DNA of 64,000 bases from Alphaproteobacteria bacterium. GTDB lineage: Bacteria; Pseudomonadota; Alphaproteobacteria; G965222575. This document shows positions 63,590 through 64,000 of this stretch, piece after piece (position 1 is the first letter of the stretch; every line of letters begins with the position of its first letter). The notes below the pieces were generated by a model, which did not search any database, was not told the origin of the DNA, and saw only the letters and a program-made list of their open reading frames with translations. Location of the stretch: the NCBI GenBank assembly GCA_965222575.1, contig OZ244958.1, positions 32,001-96,000 on the forward strand. Reading direction: 5' to 3'. Both the position numbers and the translations under genes were made by a program.

Positions 63590-64000
63590 TTAAAAGCGGT
63601 AAGAAAAGGAAAAGGAGAAAAATCTTTCCGGTAAAACTTCTTTTCTATGACCCCGCTCCAACCGTAACCCTCCAAGAAGCTTAAGACTCTGAATTGTCCC
63701 GCTTTTCTCATAACTCAAAAAGAACAAACGCTCAGACCCAGAAGGTGCCGTATTCCTAGGTTTCAAATCCCATAAATAATGCCCTTCCTCATCGATACCC
63801 ATATCCCAAACCCCCATGTCTAAAGTAGACCTAAGCGGTCTGCTAAAGCCAAAAGTCACTCTGTCCCCCTCTTCACTAACCCTCCATTGCCCCTCTAAAC
63901 CAAAACTCCTGCTCAACACCTCTAGTTTCTTAAACCAACCACTGTCTGCTTCCGCACTCACAGCCCGCGATACATAATAACTCCCCAAGAAAGTGACACT
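63590..64000 (-). CDS. 3' end of a distant paralog of the S8-array C-terminal beta-barrel module (5' part beyond right edge)
   Basis: SERLFFLSYEK..LKLLGGLRLERGHRKEVLPERFFSFSFSYRF aligns with REKLFYGSYTQ..IHLSFGVRLQRNHVPNRVPESFYLLQYRRAF. Frame is open to the window end. Confidence 0.75.
   Translation of the reverse strand, partial: SVTFLGSYYVSRAVSAEADSGWFKKLEVLSRSFGLEGQWRVSEEGDRVTFGFSRPLRSTLDMGVWDMGIDEEGHYLWDLKPRNTAPSGSERLFFLSYEKSGTIQSLKLLGGLRLERGHRKEVLPERFFSFSFSYRF

Noticed and set aside
57110-63590. Prophage or integrative element at tRNA-Pro
   Set aside because: No integrase or phage genes, and no duplicated tRNA 3' end within the window.

Overview
Chromosomal window from an Alphaproteobacterium, probably host-associated. 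The assignment is inferred from class I LysRS, addAB, rpoH, tRNA-Gly-tuf-tRNA-Trp, divergent housekeeping proteins and ankyrin expansions. Left end (1-7.9 kb): the 5' part of a type I-C CRISPR-Cas operon (cas3-cas5c-cas8c, running off the left edge; no array in the window), a candidate ~65-nt structured sRNA with its own promoter just upstream of cas3, an interrupted Doc toxin with its antitoxin, and a cobalamin riboswitch with btuB. The dominant feature (8.0-29.9 kb) is a ~22-kb tandem array of eight subtilisin-like (S8) genes behind one strong sigma70 promoter. Most carry a lipoprotein signal peptide and a variable protease domain (three subfamilies), and seven share a near-identical 1079-bp C-terminal beta-barrel-like module whose SNPs are shuffled between copies. 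One copy lacks the catalytic His/Asn/Ser, one is frameshifted and carries a long Asp/Val/Lys repeat, and one lacks the barrel. Middle (30-57 kb): core genes (addA, addB, tsaE, dnaA, lysS, ispE, rpoH, purD, zapA, ygfA, gloB, proC, mutL, msrB, tpiA, tuf, folE, five tRNAs) plus an intergenic 42-bp minisatellite. Right end (57-64 kb): a ~6.3-kb accessory block after tRNA-Pro, bounded by a degenerate 46-bp direct repeat, with ankyrin genes and remnants interleaved with an OLD-family ATPase/TOPRIM nuclease and a RelBE-type pair. It is followed by the 3' end of a distant paralog of the S8 barrel. All calls come from motif recognition by eye; no database searches were run.
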